This document shows positions 1 to 9,782 of a stretch of 64,000 nt of DNA, in pieces (the first letter of the stretch is position 1; each line of letters starts with the position of its first letter). The notes beneath the pieces are model-generated. The model made no database searches, had not been told where the DNA came from, and was given only the letters and a program-made list of their open reading frames with translations. The DNA lies in the sequence record NC_019526.1; one strand, given 5' to 3'. The translations under genes and the position numbers were made by a program.

Positions 1-1
1 T

Positions 2-151
2 CATGGCCGAAAGATAAAAATTATTAATATTAATGGAGAATATTACACAAAAATTAAAAAGTACAAGATTACATTAGGTGAATGTGTATTTCGTACTAAA
101 TCAGGAGTTAACGGTTTATTTTTTGGAAATTATACGATGCTATGTGATTAA
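2..151 (+). CDS. 3' end of a hypothetical protein (family C-like), truncated by the window edge
   Basis: Open frame from base 2 to TAA at 149-151 (HGRKIKIININGEYYTKIKKYKITLGECVFRT...), resembling the C-terminus of 8647..8946. Confidence 0.6.
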   Translation, partial: HGRKIKIININGEYYTKIKKYKITLGECVFRTKSGVNGLFFGNYTMLCD

Positions 152-221
152 AAATGGTTTTTTACTTACCATGTTAGTACATAGATAAAACAACCATGAT
201 ATTTAATATAAAGGAAACGTT

Positions 222-476
222 ATGAAACAATTTTTTAAAACCATCTGGAATTCACTGTTCAGTAAAAATACCAGTAATGTCGTTGATACTGTTGATAGTA
301 CTGTTAGTACCAATACACAAAGTACATACATTCCGGTATACAGTGATGAAAATCCATTCTATACAGAAGAAGAGAAGAAACAATGGATTGAAGATGAAGT
401 ACGTTTACGCAAAGAAGAAGCAGAGCGTATGAAACTTGAAAAAAGTAATAAGAAATGTAACCAATGCAACAAATAA
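222..476 (+). CDS. hypothetical protein
   Basis: 84-aa ORF with AAGGA SD. Confidence 0.7.
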   Translation: MKQFFKTIWNSLFSKNTSNVVDTVDSTVSTNTQSTYIPVYSDENPFYTEEEKKQWIEDEVRLRKEEAERMKLEKSNKKCNQCNK

Positions 477-637
477 ATTCTGACTATTATTACAGTACTG
501 TACAGTACAATATGTATTTAAGTTCTTTTATGAATTTAAAAACGAGTTCAATAGACAAAGACGTGTATGAAAGTATATTGGGTTGTTTGAATCATAGTAT
601 TCATAAATTATATAAATTAAAAGGTACGTTGGGATGA
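464..637 (+). CDS. small hypothetical protein (57 aa, not in the ORF track)
   Basis: MQQINSDYYYSTVQY...HKLYKLKGTLG; fills the gap, overlaps the next ATG (ATGA), C-terminus resembles 634..816. Confidence 0.65.
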   Translation: MQQINSDYYYSTVQYNMYLSSFMNLKTSSIDKDVYESILGCLNHSIHKLYKLKGTLG

Positions 638-816
638 TTGATAATTACCAACAAATAAAAACACTATCTGAGTATTATAAAATTGATACTAATTATATAG
701 TACGGATGCCTGTAGAGTTAGATGAATCTTTACATAAGTGGAGATATTTTTCAGTATTAAATAATTTGAATTTTGTCATTAATAGTTTATATGAATTACA
801 AGGTAAATTACCATGA
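634..816 (+). CDS. small hypothetical protein (C-terminal LYELQGKLP)
   Basis: ATGA overlaps on both sides; C-terminus shared with 464..637 and 1563..1781. Confidence 0.7.
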   Translation: MIDNYQQIKTLSEYYKIDTNYIVRMPVELDESLHKWRYFSVLNNLNFVINSLYELQGKLP

Positions 817-1160
817 AATATAAACGATGTGATGATGGATATCTGGCTGCCAGGTATTACAGTAAATTTGTATCTACAACTAATAAAGATGATCTGCTAT
901 TACTTATGTTAGTAGGTACAATTAAACAAGAAATGGCGGCTGAAAGATATATCAACACGTTAATACATAAAATGGTACTTAAACACAGGCTGGTTAAAAT
1001 TAGAACTATTGGTGGTTATGAACCTTATAAGTTTGGTGTATTTTATCTTGACAATACTAATTTAGTTGCTTCTGATTCTATTATAATTTGTGAGTCCATT
1101 GAAAAAGCGGTTCAGTACTGTAAAAATAATAATTATAGATTGATTGGTACAGAGGTATGA
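813..1160 (+). CDS. family B (GTxxQ) domain protein with C-terminal extension
   Basis: LLMLVGTIKQEMAAERYINTL. Confidence 0.7.
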   Translation: MKYKRCDDGYLAARYYSKFVSTTNKDDLLLLMLVGTIKQEMAAERYINTLIHKMVLKHRLVKIRTIGGYEPYKFGVFYLDNTNLVASDSIIICESIEKAVQYCKNNNYRLIGTEV

Positions 1161-1163
1161 ATT

Positions 1164-1415
1164 ATGATGAGTTTAAAATTTTATGACCATTTACCAAAAA
1201 GTATTAAATTCAGTAATATACAATATTATACATTAGAAGATTGGGAAATGCATTATCGAAAGATACTCGGTTTTTCTTTGGGATTTGAAGAAACTGAGTA
1301 CCAGGAAATACATTATAATTATTATATTGAAATATTAAAATGTATGATACATAAAGATTATGAAATTTTAATTTCCAGATATATAGTGACGAGTAAAAAT
1401 GGATCAAGAAACTAA
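1164..1415 (+). CDS. hypothetical protein, divergent family B-like
   Basis: EETEYQEIHYNYYIEIL. Confidence 0.6.
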   Translation: MMSLKFYDHLPKSIKFSNIQYYTLEDWEMHYRKILGFSLGFEETEYQEIHYNYYIEILKCMIHKDYEILISRYIVTSKNGSRN

Positions 1416-1566
1416 GAAGAAGTTAACAGAACTTATTGAAGCATCTATTAATGCTGAGGGTGCTTTCTTTGAGCACTACGATAAGTACGATAAAAAAGGA
1501 CGAGTATTGTGGGAGAAGCGTAATAGTACCAGGAAGGAGTTGGATGAATTTATTTCTAAATTGTGA
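1399..1566 (+). CDS. small hypothetical protein (55 aa, not in the ORF track)
   Basis: MDQETKKKLTELIEAS...ELDEFISKL fills the gap between neighbours. Confidence 0.6.
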   Translation: MDQETKKKLTELIEASINAEGAFFEHYDKYDKKGRVLWEKRNSTRKELDEFISKL

Positions 1567-1781
1567 GGAAATTAGTGAATAGTCCAAATGGTCGTGCATC
1601 TATATCACAACTATATTTGTATAATCTTAAATTATCTTATATTATAAAATCAATAAAAACTAAAAATAACTTCATTGGTTTGCCTAATTATGTAAGAGAA
1701 ATGGAGATAGATTCATTTGTTAAGGATATGATAGAAATATATAAAATTCAAGGTAAGTTACCACCGTTTGATGAGTTGTAA
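1563..1781 (+). CDS. small hypothetical protein (C-terminal YKIQGKLPP)
   Basis: Shares C-terminal motif with 634..816. Confidence 0.65.
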   Translation: MRKLVNSPNGRASISQLYLYNLKLSYIIKSIKTKNNFIGLPNYVREMEIDSFVKDMIEIYKIQGKLPPFDEL

Positions 1782-1821
1782 TACTATCCACTTCATACCC
1801 ACCGTGTGTCTTTTTAAACAC

Positions 1822-1850
1822 TTGACTTCCAGTCAAATCTGTGTTATTGT
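1822..1850 (+). promoter_or_regulatory. sigma70-type promoter
   Basis: TTGACT-17 bp-TATTGT in an intergenic gap. Confidence 0.55.
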
Positions 1851-1882
1851 TATTATTGTAATAATCAAAATGGTACAATATA

Positions 1883-2167
1883 ATGACCAAAAGTGAATAC
1901 TATTCTGTACTGAATATTCAGGAAGCGTGTAAAGGTTTATACTTTACTCCTTATATTGAAGTGATGCGTTCTGTATTTAAATTACTACAGAAGGAATTTT
2001 CTACAAAGTACAAAGGAACACTAATTTCTGTAAAAAACGATAATGAAGTTTTTGATGTTTTAATTAATAGTTATAGTATAACATTTATTCTTTGTTATTT
2101 TGAAACATCGGGTTCTATAGCAGTGACAAGAAAATATTTTGATTCTGATACAAAGATTAGGAAATAA
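1883..2167 (+). CDS. family C hypothetical protein
   Basis: LLQKEFSTKYKGTLISV. Confidence 0.7.
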   Translation: MTKSEYYSVLNIQEACKGLYFTPYIEVMRSVFKLLQKEFSTKYKGTLISVKNDNEVFDVLINSYSITFILCYFETSGSIAVTRKYFDSDTKIRK

Positions 2168-2227
2168 AAATAGTGTAATCTTTTATACATCCAACAATCT
2201 TTAAAAATAACGGGTAATTACTGTATC

Positions 2228-2503
2228 ATGACTGAACAAGAATACAAATGCACAACGCATGTAATCGGAGTATTAGGTGATATTGAATCAAAGTATCGCA
2301 GTACAATGCTTACTATCTTATCAATGCTACAAACTGATTTTAATAAAAAGTACGCACAAAGAAAAGTACAAATAACTGTAGGTTCAGGTGTTAAAACCAA
2401 AACAATCAAGGGGTATTGTATTGGATTTAGATATGTGTATTTTACTATTACCAAAGGATATAAAAGAGAGTATTTTAATGAATTCACTACTTTGTGTTCA
2501 TAA
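2228..2503 (+). CDS. family C hypothetical protein
   Basis: LQTDFNKKYAQRKVQI; close paralog of 8378..8650. Confidence 0.75.
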   Translation: MTEQEYKCTTHVIGVLGDIESKYRSTMLTILSMLQTDFNKKYAQRKVQITVGSGVKTKTIKGYCIGFRYVYFTITKGYKREYFNEFTTLCS

Positions 2504-2512
2504 AGAGGGATT

Positions 2513-2779
2513 ATGAAAAGAGATAAACATTATAAACAAATTGAATTCATTTATAAACTCGCACGATATAGTGATGCTTACACTTATATTTCTTATAAAT
2601 CATATCTCAAAGAAGTTGTTGTTTTGTATCTTAAAAAGTACAAATCAAAAAAGGTTGATTCTGGTACTTACATCATAGACGATATTAAATTTTTATACGG
2701 TGAACTTCGTGTATACCAGAGAAGAGTAAGTGATGGTATGCTTTTGTGGGATTCTATCTGGAATACAAAAATAGATTAA
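2513..2779 (+). CDS. family C-like hypothetical protein
   Basis: VLYLKKYKSKKV; GAGG SD. Confidence 0.65.
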   Translation: MKRDKHYKQIEFIYKLARYSDAYTYISYKSYLKEVVVLYLKKYKSKKVDSGTYIIDDIKFLYGELRVYQRRVSDGMLLWDSIWNTKID

Positions 2780-2781
2780 TT

Positions 2782-3210
2782 ATGAAAACATTAGAAGAAT
2801 TAATTAGAATAAGTAAAAATATCATTTATATTAACAATGTATTCAGTACTGGAAAAGGTCATCTTATTGTTGATGATGTTAGATACTTTTATTCTGAGTC
2901 TGCTCATATATGGTACAGTTCATTTTATGTTCGTGATTTTGAACCCGAGTGGGATTGTATTTCTTATTCGAGGGGTTTAAGTACAGTCACAACTATTTCT
3001 TCTATGAAGGAACATACTCACACACTCGATTGTTCAGAATTTGATTTAAGTGAAGAGATGCTTTTTCAGTACAGTACCATGTATTCCAGTCTTGAGCTGG
3101 AAGCTATATTCGTTAAAGTGTACCTGGATAAATTCACTGATATAGATGAATTTTGTATAAATCTCTCACAATACCCTTCGTATTGCGAAAAACTTGGATT
3201 AATACCATGA
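2782..3210 (+). CDS. family A (FQYST motif) protein
   Basis: LSEEMLFQYSTMY; start moved to ATG 2782. Confidence 0.8.
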   Translation: MKTLEELIRISKNIIYINNVFSTGKGHLIVDDVRYFYSESAHIWYSSFYVRDFEPEWDCISYSRGLSTVTTISSMKEHTHTLDCSEFDLSEEMLFQYSTMYSSLELEAIFVKVYLDKFTDIDEFCINLSQYPSYCEKLGLIP

Positions 3211-3623
3211 GTTACAGAAGTTCATTATTTTTTGCACAAAAGGTATACTATACCGTTCAGTGCTTTTATAATTCAGAATTTGATAATACAGTACTAAAAA
3301 AGACAGGAAATGACAGTGTATTTGATTACTACGATTATCAGAATTTATTTTTTGGTTATCCGGTCTTCAATACTACACAGATGGATTGTCATATTTCTCT
3401 TGATTTTTCTTTTATGACATTCAATTCATATAGTACAGACTATATGTCACTCGATTCTGTGGTTAGATTAAATTCTGATAACATAGTGTTAATTCATAAT
3501 AGCGAGGATTATGATTTCTTTAGTAATTCTTATACTGAAAAAGAATTGTTTGTTTGTACTGTATTTTCGTACCTAATTCTTAATAAATGCAAACCATTCT
3601 ATCTGGATTTGAGTATAATTTAA
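3207..3623 (+). CDS. family A-related protein (shared C-terminus, motif degenerate)
   Basis: TVFSYLILNKCKPFYLDL; paralog of 4245..4640. Confidence 0.7.
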   Translation: MSYRSSLFFAQKVYYTVQCFYNSEFDNTVLKKTGNDSVFDYYDYQNLFFGYPVFNTTQMDCHISLDFSFMTFNSYSTDYMSLDSVVRLNSDNIVLIHNSEDYDFFSNSYTEKELFVCTVFSYLILNKCKPFYLDLSII

Positions 3624-3642
3624 AGAGGGGATTTTCATTATC

Positions 3643-4245
3643 ATGCTAGAGAATTTTTATTCAAATTTAATGAAAGCTTTCCCTACAAAAGAGGAAGTTG
3701 GATTAGGCCATGTATCAGATTTGGATTATGATATTTACGTTGCTATGGTAATTGTTGGTCAAGCAAAAAGTGTTCATGAGGTTCATGAACGATGGACAAA
3801 ACTGGCGAATGAAAGAAATTATACAAATGAATTGAAATCTGAACCTGAAATACAAGGTAGATTGTTTATTGTAAAAAATACAAGAACATTAGAATTAATT
3901 TTGATACCTACTAAAGAAACATTTAATGAGATATCAAAAACCGAAGAATATCTTTTGAATAATCATGGAATTTCTTATAAATCAAAAGACTGGATTATTG
4001 ATACAGTACTGTACGTTTCTCGCAAAGATAGAGGATTAACAAGAGTACATGATTTATATTCTTCTGTTCTAAAAATTGTTACACCAAATGAATTTGGAAT
4101 ATTCAATTCAGAACAATATGATATAATCATGAACTGTATTAATGATAAAATATCAAGATGTTATAATCGTTGTGTATATCCAAATGGATATCATAGTAAT
4201 AAAAATTTTCACTACAAATACAATGAAATATGGAATAAAGTATAA
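3643..4245 (+). CDS. hypothetical protein
   Basis: 200-aa ORF with GAGG SD; no recognised motif. Confidence 0.75.
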   Translation: MLENFYSNLMKAFPTKEEVGLGHVSDLDYDIYVAMVIVGQAKSVHEVHERWTKLANERNYTNELKSEPEIQGRLFIVKNTRTLELILIPTKETFNEISKTEEYLLNNHGISYKSKDWIIDTVLYVSRKDRGLTRVHDLYSSVLKIVTPNEFGIFNSEQYDIIMNCINDKISRCYNRCVYPNGYHSNKNFHYKYNEIWNKV

Positions 4246-4640
4246 TGAACAACAACGAATCACTTTTTCTTGCTAAAAAGATATATAACACTGCACAACT
4301 TTTTTATAATTCAAGTTTCAACTGTACTGGATTTAAGAGAAGTTTTGTGGGGCTGGATTATGAATACAAATTTTCCAATTTAATTGTTTTCAGTACTGAA
4401 AATACATATGGCTGTTTCTTTTCTTTTAAAAAAAATATTATAATTTTTGATAATGAATTCGCCGGTATAATTGAATGTGAATACGAAGATGGAACACGTA
4501 ATTATCTTTCCCGTATAATGAATTTACATCAACAGTGCCAACCTGTGAATACAAAGGATAATATGTCAGTACTGACAATTTTTTCGTACTTAGCCCAGAT
4601 GAAGTGTCAACCATTCTATATGGATTTACGCATAATTTAG
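4245..4640 (+). CDS. family A-related protein (motif degenerate)
   Basis: TIFSYLAQMKCQPFYMDL; paralog of 3207..3623. Confidence 0.7.
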   Translation: MNNNESLFLAKKIYNTAQLFYNSSFNCTGFKRSFVGLDYEYKFSNLIVFSTENTYGCFFSFKKNIIIFDNEFAGIIECEYEDGTRNYLSRIMNLHQQCQPVNTKDNMSVLTIFSYLAQMKCQPFYMDLRII

Positions 4641-4652
4641 GGGGTATATTTT

Positions 4653-4952
4653 GTGTTAAAAATTCACTGTCGTAACGGTATATTTTTTTGTAACACTACA
4701 ATACATAACGGAAAGTTGATTTATCATAAAAGTGAGGATTCTTTTTATTATACCACCCATGTGAATTCTAAAAAAATGCACAAAATTATTGATTATTCAG
4801 GATTACAAGAGGATGAACTTTTCCAGATGCATTTAGTATATGATAAAGTACTTAATTTGGATTTTTACACTTTAACATATATTCAGACCAAAATGCGAGA
4901 ATTATCAAAAATTTATACTGCTGATTTTAAGATTATAACACCTGAAATATAA
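4653..4952 (+). CDS. family A protein
   Basis: LQEDELFQMHLVY; GTG start. Confidence 0.75.
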   Translation: MLKIHCRNGIFFCNTTIHNGKLIYHKSEDSFYYTTHVNSKKMHKIIDYSGLQEDELFQMHLVYDKVLNLDFYTLTYIQTKMRELSKIYTADFKIITPEI

Positions 4953-4953
4953 G

Positions 4954-5289
4954 ATGAATAAAAATATAAGAACCAATAATATTATGTGGTGCACTGTATA
5001 TAAACTGATTTATACTACTTATGCTCTTATACGATTGGTTAGCAAAAATAATACAAAAATCGATGTTTATTTCTATAATGACGGTACCAAAGAACACTAC
5101 TTAACAGAGGGTAATGATATATATGAAATTCATGATTTATGCTCTTTGAGCACAGAAGAACATTTCCAATTACTCACAGTATGGGATTATAAAACAGATA
5201 TTGATTTTGTTATTTCTGCACATAAACGCATAGAGGAACTTAAAAAGGATGAGTTTTTCAATCGTGTCGATACAGTGATTGAATATTAA
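4954..5289 (+). CDS. family A protein
   Basis: LSTEEHFQLLTVW. Confidence 0.75.
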   Translation: MNKNIRTNNIMWCTVYKLIYTTYALIRLVSKNNTKIDVYFYNDGTKEHYLTEGNDIYEIHDLCSLSTEEHFQLLTVWDYKTDIDFVISAHKRIEELKKDEFFNRVDTVIEY

Positions 5290-5456
5290 AAGAGCGTACA
5301 AAAAAATGATTTATGATAAAAATGTTGAGTATATAACCCAGTTCATAGTACTATCATACACCAGATATGGCAGTTCTGGTTCCAGGTATATTGATAGTAT
5401 ACTTAAACAACATATTGAGTTTAATGTTATCAATAACAAGAAAGGTTAATATAGAA

Positions 5457-5921
5457 ATGGGTTTTGATACAAGAGAAGGTGCACTCTTTTATGCAAATCA
5501 AATATGTAATTTAGTTTTGTATTACAAAAGTAATGAAAATTTATTAGATGAATATAAATGTTTGTATTCTAAAGTCGATGATGTATTAAGAATTTCTTTA
5601 GAAATAGAACACAAAAACCCATTCCCTGAATCAATTATTGATTTTCAAGAAAAATATATTAATTATATTCCAGGTAAAGAATGTGAATTAATTCTTTCCG
5701 ATGTATTTGGCCATAGTATCAAAATCGATCCCAGTGTTCTAAATGAAGAATTGAATACCAGTACAGAAGAAGGTTATTTCCAGAAGAGTACTATATACAA
5801 TTCTGATGAATTGTTCTGCATTATTCTTTTTGAAAATATAGTGCGTAAAATTCCTTTTCAATTCTACATTGATTTAGAAACAATTAATTACCTAATAAAA
5901 GAGAAAAATTATGAGATATAA
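5457..5921 (+). CDS. family A protein
   Basis: STEEGYFQKSTIY; ATG 5457 follows AAGG SD. Confidence 0.8.
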   Translation: MGFDTREGALFYANQICNLVLYYKSNENLLDEYKCLYSKVDDVLRISLEIEHKNPFPESIIDFQEKYINYIPGKECELILSDVFGHSIKIDPSVLNEELNTSTEEGYFQKSTIYNSDELFCIILFENIVRKIPFQFYIDLETINYLIKEKNYEI

Positions 5922-6246
5922 AATATACAAAAGCGACCTCCTTGTTGTAGCTGAATACATTTGTGATGATATGTTCAATATGTTCAAAAATGAACATGAT
6001 TTTATTTTAAATTTAAGTACTAAAAAATTTAAGTTGAACTATTATGGTTCATATGAATTATCTGAACACTATTCAATTGATTTAAATGATTGTACTCAGA
6101 TGCAGGACGATGAATTGTTTCAATACTCTTTAATTTTTTATTTTAATTTATTAAGTTTAAAGGATATTGTATCGCTTCAAAAAGAAATGCTTACTATACA
6201 AGATGATACATATGGCACTAAAGAAATTAATTTTATTGACTTTTGA
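5911..6246 (+). CDS. family A protein
   Basis: MQDDELFQYSLIF. Confidence 0.8.
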   Translation: MRYKIYKSDLLVVAEYICDDMFNMFKNEHDFILNLSTKKFKLNYYGSYELSEHYSIDLNDCTQMQDDELFQYSLIFYFNLLSLKDIVSLQKEMLTIQDDTYGTKEINFIDF

Positions 6247-6250
6247 ATGT

Positions 6251-6286
6251 ATACGTGATAATATACGTGATAATATATGTGGTATG
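6251..6286. repeat. 12-bp tandem repeat (2 exact copies + 1 degenerate)
   Basis: ATACGTGATAAT ATACGTGATAAT ATATGTGGTATG, intergenic. Confidence 0.7.
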
Positions 6287-6319
6287 GGTGATACAAAACC
6301 ATAAAAAGAGGAATATATA

Positions 6320-6685
6320 GTGCAGACAAATCAAGAAATACAAATAAAATTAAAAATTAATAATTATTATAATAATACAGTTAGTGCTTCATATAATGAA
6401 GAAGTTTTGTACGAAATAAATTATTCCATGAATGATTCCATTTTTACATTTCGTGAGTACAATGGTATCACTTTAATAAGATCTTATATAATTCCAGTTA
6501 TTGATTATACCGAAATGCAAGATGATGAATTGTTTCAGTACTCTTTAATATACGATCTGGAACATGTTATTCCCTTTGACTCTATGGTTGAATTGCAGGG
6601 TATTATGAAATCACGTACACAACTACAAGGTGAGATTGAATACACATTTATCACAATGAATAAGAAGAATTATTATGTACAATGA
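6320..6685 (+). CDS. family A protein
   Basis: MQDDELFQYSLIY; GTG start with GAGG SD. Confidence 0.8.
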   Translation: MQTNQEIQIKLKINNYYNNTVSASYNEEVLYEINYSMNDSIFTFREYNGITLIRSYIIPVIDYTEMQDDELFQYSLIYDLEHVIPFDSMVELQGIMKSRTQLQGEIEYTFITMNKKNYYVQ

Positions 6686-6914
6686 ATGTATTAAATCTCA
6701 CATAGAAAAAATAACTCTAATGTCTCCTGAGTATTTTACTTTACGAAATGCAAAAATTTATCGTAAAATACAAAAAGATGTTGTTAATTATTATCTTTCA
6801 TTGTACTGCAATGGAACTAAATCAAATTATATCATAATAGATATAAGGTCTATAATTGATGGTACATTTAGTATCCAGTACAGAGTGTACCAAAGGAGTT
6901 ACAATCATGACTAG
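6675..6914 (+). CDS. hypothetical protein
   Basis: Overlaps both neighbours in the operon. Confidence 0.6.
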   Translation: MYNECIKSHIEKITLMSPEYFTLRNAKIYRKIQKDVVNYYLSLYCNGTKSNYIIIDIRSIIDGTFSIQYRVYQRSYNHD

Positions 6915-7188
6915 AGATGAATATTTTGTATTGCAATGCATCAATTCATTTTACTACGATATTACGATTAATTACAAATACAGGGAAGTATTATTCGAGT
7001 ATATTTGTGAAGCAGAAGAGTACTACAACAAAAAAATAAAAGGTGCACCATGCACAATAAAAAACATAAATGAAGATGCTATACTGGAGAATATACACTG
7101 TATTGGATTTAAACATATATTATTCACTGTATATATGTTTAATCTAAAGAATTCAACAATAACTCGATACGAGAATATAGAATTTTGA
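6907..7188 (+). CDS. family C-like hypothetical protein
   Basis: AEEYYNKKIKGAPCTI; AGGAG SD before ATG 6907. Confidence 0.7.
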   Translation: MTRDEYFVLQCINSFYYDITINYKYREVLFEYICEAEEYYNKKIKGAPCTIKNINEDAILENIHCIGFKHILFTVYMFNLKNSTITRYENIEF

Positions 7189-7409
7189 AAACAACAAAAA
7201 ATATATCAAAACAACAAAGTACTGATCTCATGTTTAAAGCTTATTTACAAGTGGAATTGGAAAGTAGTACTTCTCCAGAGTGGTCGAGTTATCGTTTATC
7301 TGAATTGTTCATGTTGTATCATTTGGGTACTACTAGTCAGGATGAAATGTCGGAGTTCTACATTTATGCACTTATTCATAAAATGAATTATGTACACAAT
7401 GGTAAGTAA
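7185..7409 (+). CDS. family B protein
   Basis: ELFMLYHLGTTSQDEMSEFYIYAL. Confidence 0.7.
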   Translation: MKTTKNISKQQSTDLMFKAYLQVELESSTSPEWSSYRLSELFMLYHLGTTSQDEMSEFYIYALIHKMNYVHNGK

Positions 7410-7613
7410 ATGAAAACATTAACAATTCCTCAGTGGTCTAATTTGTATGATTATTATCATGAAAAATACAAAACCAATTGCAAATCCAGTAAAGACGTGA
7501 TAAGATGTATTGAAGTGACATTGATTGCTTCACTTGGTACAGATAAACAAACATATTGTGTAGAGCAATATGTTGCAATGTTAATTGATTACACAAAGGA
7601 GTTTCAACATTAG
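7410..7613 (+). CDS. family B protein
   Basis: EVTLIASLGTDKQTYCVEQYVAML. Confidence 0.75.
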   Translation: MKTLTIPQWSNLYDYYHEKYKTNCKSSKDVIRCIEVTLIASLGTDKQTYCVEQYVAMLIDYTKEFQH

Positions 7614-8043
7614 TACAAATTTATCTAGTGCAGAGTTAGATTTTTTAGTTCGAAAATGTGATCCTTATGTCCAAAAATTACTAAAGAAATGTAAAACATA
7701 TTCATACACAAATGTTAAATTACAGTTTGAATTTACTACAATAAAAATTTATTCCTGTGTGTTAATTGATTCTGATATTATACCAAAAAGAAGTTCATGT
7801 GAAATTCCTTTGGAAATCTTTTATAAGAAACATTATAAATTATTAAAGAAGTTGAATTATATTCAGTACTACAGTAATGCACATTTATATACTGAATTGC
7901 AATGTATGTATAATCAGTACCTTGAAAGCATGGGGGTATCTATTGATGATTTTGATGGATATCCTTTAAGTACTGAACAGATTAATTTATACAAATTTGT
8001 TTTTAATTTTAATTGTTCATTTTTAAGGAATGAATTAATATGA
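7585..8043 (+). CDS. hypothetical protein
   Basis: 152-aa ORF in the operon; start uncertain. Confidence 0.6.
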   Translation: MITQRSFNISTNLSSAELDFLVRKCDPYVQKLLKKCKTYSYTNVKLQFEFTTIKIYSCVLIDSDIIPKRSSCEIPLEIFYKKHYKLLKKLNYIQYYSNAHLYTELQCMYNQYLESMGVSIDDFDGYPLSTEQINLYKFVFNFNCSFLRNELI

Positions 8044-8378
8044 AAAACGAATTGCGTGGTTTATTGAGTACTCAAACGTTTCTTAAACGAATATCCACAG
8101 AAGAAATAGATTTTATCAGGAAAGAATTACTAAATCAATTATTTGATAGTGCCATTAAAAATTTTGCAAATGATCTTACTGTAATACATAAAGATAAAAT
8201 TGTATCAATTAAAATTCTAGTGTGTAATACAAATACAAATACGTTTGAATACATTAAATCCGATTTTGTTATAAATGAATTTAGTTGTTCTTTATTCAAT
8301 GCTACCTGTCTTGTTGATAGTATTGAGGGTTACATCAGAATAACACGAGTACATTGTAAATTTATAGTGGATGGGTAA
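8040..8378 (+). CDS. hypothetical protein
   Basis: Overlapping start/stop coupling. Confidence 0.65.
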   Translation: MKNELRGLLSTQTFLKRISTEEIDFIRKELLNQLFDSAIKNFANDLTVIHKDKIVSIKILVCNTNTNTFEYIKSDFVINEFSCSLFNATCLVDSIEGYIRITRVHCKFIVDG

Positions 8379-8650
8379 TGCAAAAATATGAATTTGACTC
8401 AGTAGATATCATCATAAGTACTTTGTGGGATATGGATCCTTCTTATACAACAGTGTATTATAAAATATTCTCTTCAATACAAGATGATTTTAATAAAAAA
8501 TACGCACAAAAAGAAGTACTCATAGAATCGAATAATAAAGTAATAAAAGAAAAAATATCGTACTACATTATTTCCTTTGGTGTATTGAAATTTATTTGTA
8601 CAAATGCATTTAGTAGACAATACTTCGGCGACAGGTGTCAATTATTATGA
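8378..8650 (+). CDS. family C protein
   Basis: IQDDFNKKYAQKEVLI. Confidence 0.75.
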   Translation: MQKYEFDSVDIIISTLWDMDPSYTTVYYKIFSSIQDDFNKKYAQKEVLIESNNKVIKEKISYYIISFGVLKFICTNAFSRQYFGDRCQLL

Positions 8651-8946
8651 CTAAAGAAGAATATATGAAAGTTTTGTTCATTAAAGAAATTTTTGTCCAA
8701 ATGGTATTGGGTACTGATTATTTGTACAAAAATGCATTCATTAACATTCTTGAAGTACTACAAGATGATTTTGATTCAAAGTATAATGGAATGAAAATAA
8801 ATTACAAAACATATAATCAGGATTATATTAAAATTATCAAAAAATATACAATTAATTTAAGTTCTGTAAATTTTGAAACTGCACTTGGAATGAGGTTTAA
8901 ACATTTTGATTATTATTTGATTCCCATGGGATTTAAAGATGAATAA
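8647..8946 (+). CDS. family C protein
   Basis: LQDDFDSKYNGMKINY. Confidence 0.75.
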   Translation: MTKEEYMKVLFIKEIFVQMVLGTDYLYKNAFINILEVLQDDFDSKYNGMKINYKTYNQDYIKIIKKYTINLSSVNFETALGMRFKHFDYYLIPMGFKDE

Positions 8947-9244
8947 ATTCGAATACCAATCAATACAATTAATTAAAGAGTATTCAAATTCTTTAAATAG
9001 TTCTTTAATTTTTAAAAATAATAATTATTTTTCTAAAATTTGTGATATAATTAATAATTATTTTAAATGTATATCTAAAGAATTTTCTCTAAAATATAAG
9101 AATAAAAACATAAAAACTGATGCAGATGTTTTTGTAATAGTGGGTTTCATTATACAACAAGATTTATGTGTTGTAAAATCACTGGTGAATAGTACTAATT
9201 ATTTCTTTAATTGTAAATCCCTTATAGAAGGCAAACTTTTGTGA
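8939..9244 (+). CDS. family C protein
   Basis: ISKEFSLKYKNKNIKT. Confidence 0.7.
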   Translation: MNKFEYQSIQLIKEYSNSLNSSLIFKNNNYFSKICDIINNYFKCISKEFSLKYKNKNIKTDADVFVIVGFIIQQDLCVVKSLVNSTNYFFNCKSLIEGKLL

Positions 9245-9579
9245 ATAAACCAAACATTTATCTGGAATTTGATAACAGCATAAAGCAAGTTAATATGTTG
9301 AGATCAATTTTAAGAGATTGTTATATAGAAGCATATTACTACAAGAACTGGAATACTAAAATGTATTCTAATACATTATATTACTCATTCAATGAATATT
9401 TAGATTACATTTCCGAAGAATTCAATGAAAAATATAATTCAATTGTACTTACCTACAATTCAAAAGAACATGTACTGAATAATATAGAAATGAGTTTGAA
9501 ATTTATCACATTACATTTATCCAGTTCAGAATTACCAACGACAATTATTATTCATCCTTCATATCTGGATAAAATATAA
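9241..9579 (+). CDS. family C protein
   Basis: ISEEFNEKYNSIVLTY. Confidence 0.7.
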   Translation: MNKPNIYLEFDNSIKQVNMLRSILRDCYIEAYYYKNWNTKMYSNTLYYSFNEYLDYISEEFNEKYNSIVLTYNSKEHVLNNIEMSLKFITLHLSSSELPTTIIIHPSYLDKI

Positions 9580-9782
9580 TGAATGATTTGGATTCACTGT
9601 TGTGGTATACTTTATCCGTTCTTTCATTTGAACGTGATAAACACAAAGTACAAGCTTCTAAAAATCCAGACATGTTACAGAAAAAGAAAGAATACGCATT
9701 AGTGTATTCTTTGGAAAAATCATTTATTTCTATGCATCTGGAATACAGAGAATACAGAACATCAAATGGTATTAAAAAATGA
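9579..9782 (+). CDS. small hypothetical protein
   Basis: TAATG overlap with the upstream gene. Confidence 0.6.
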   Translation: MNDLDSLLWYTLSVLSFERDKHKVQASKNPDMLQKKKEYALVYSLEKSFISMHLEYREYRTSNGIKK

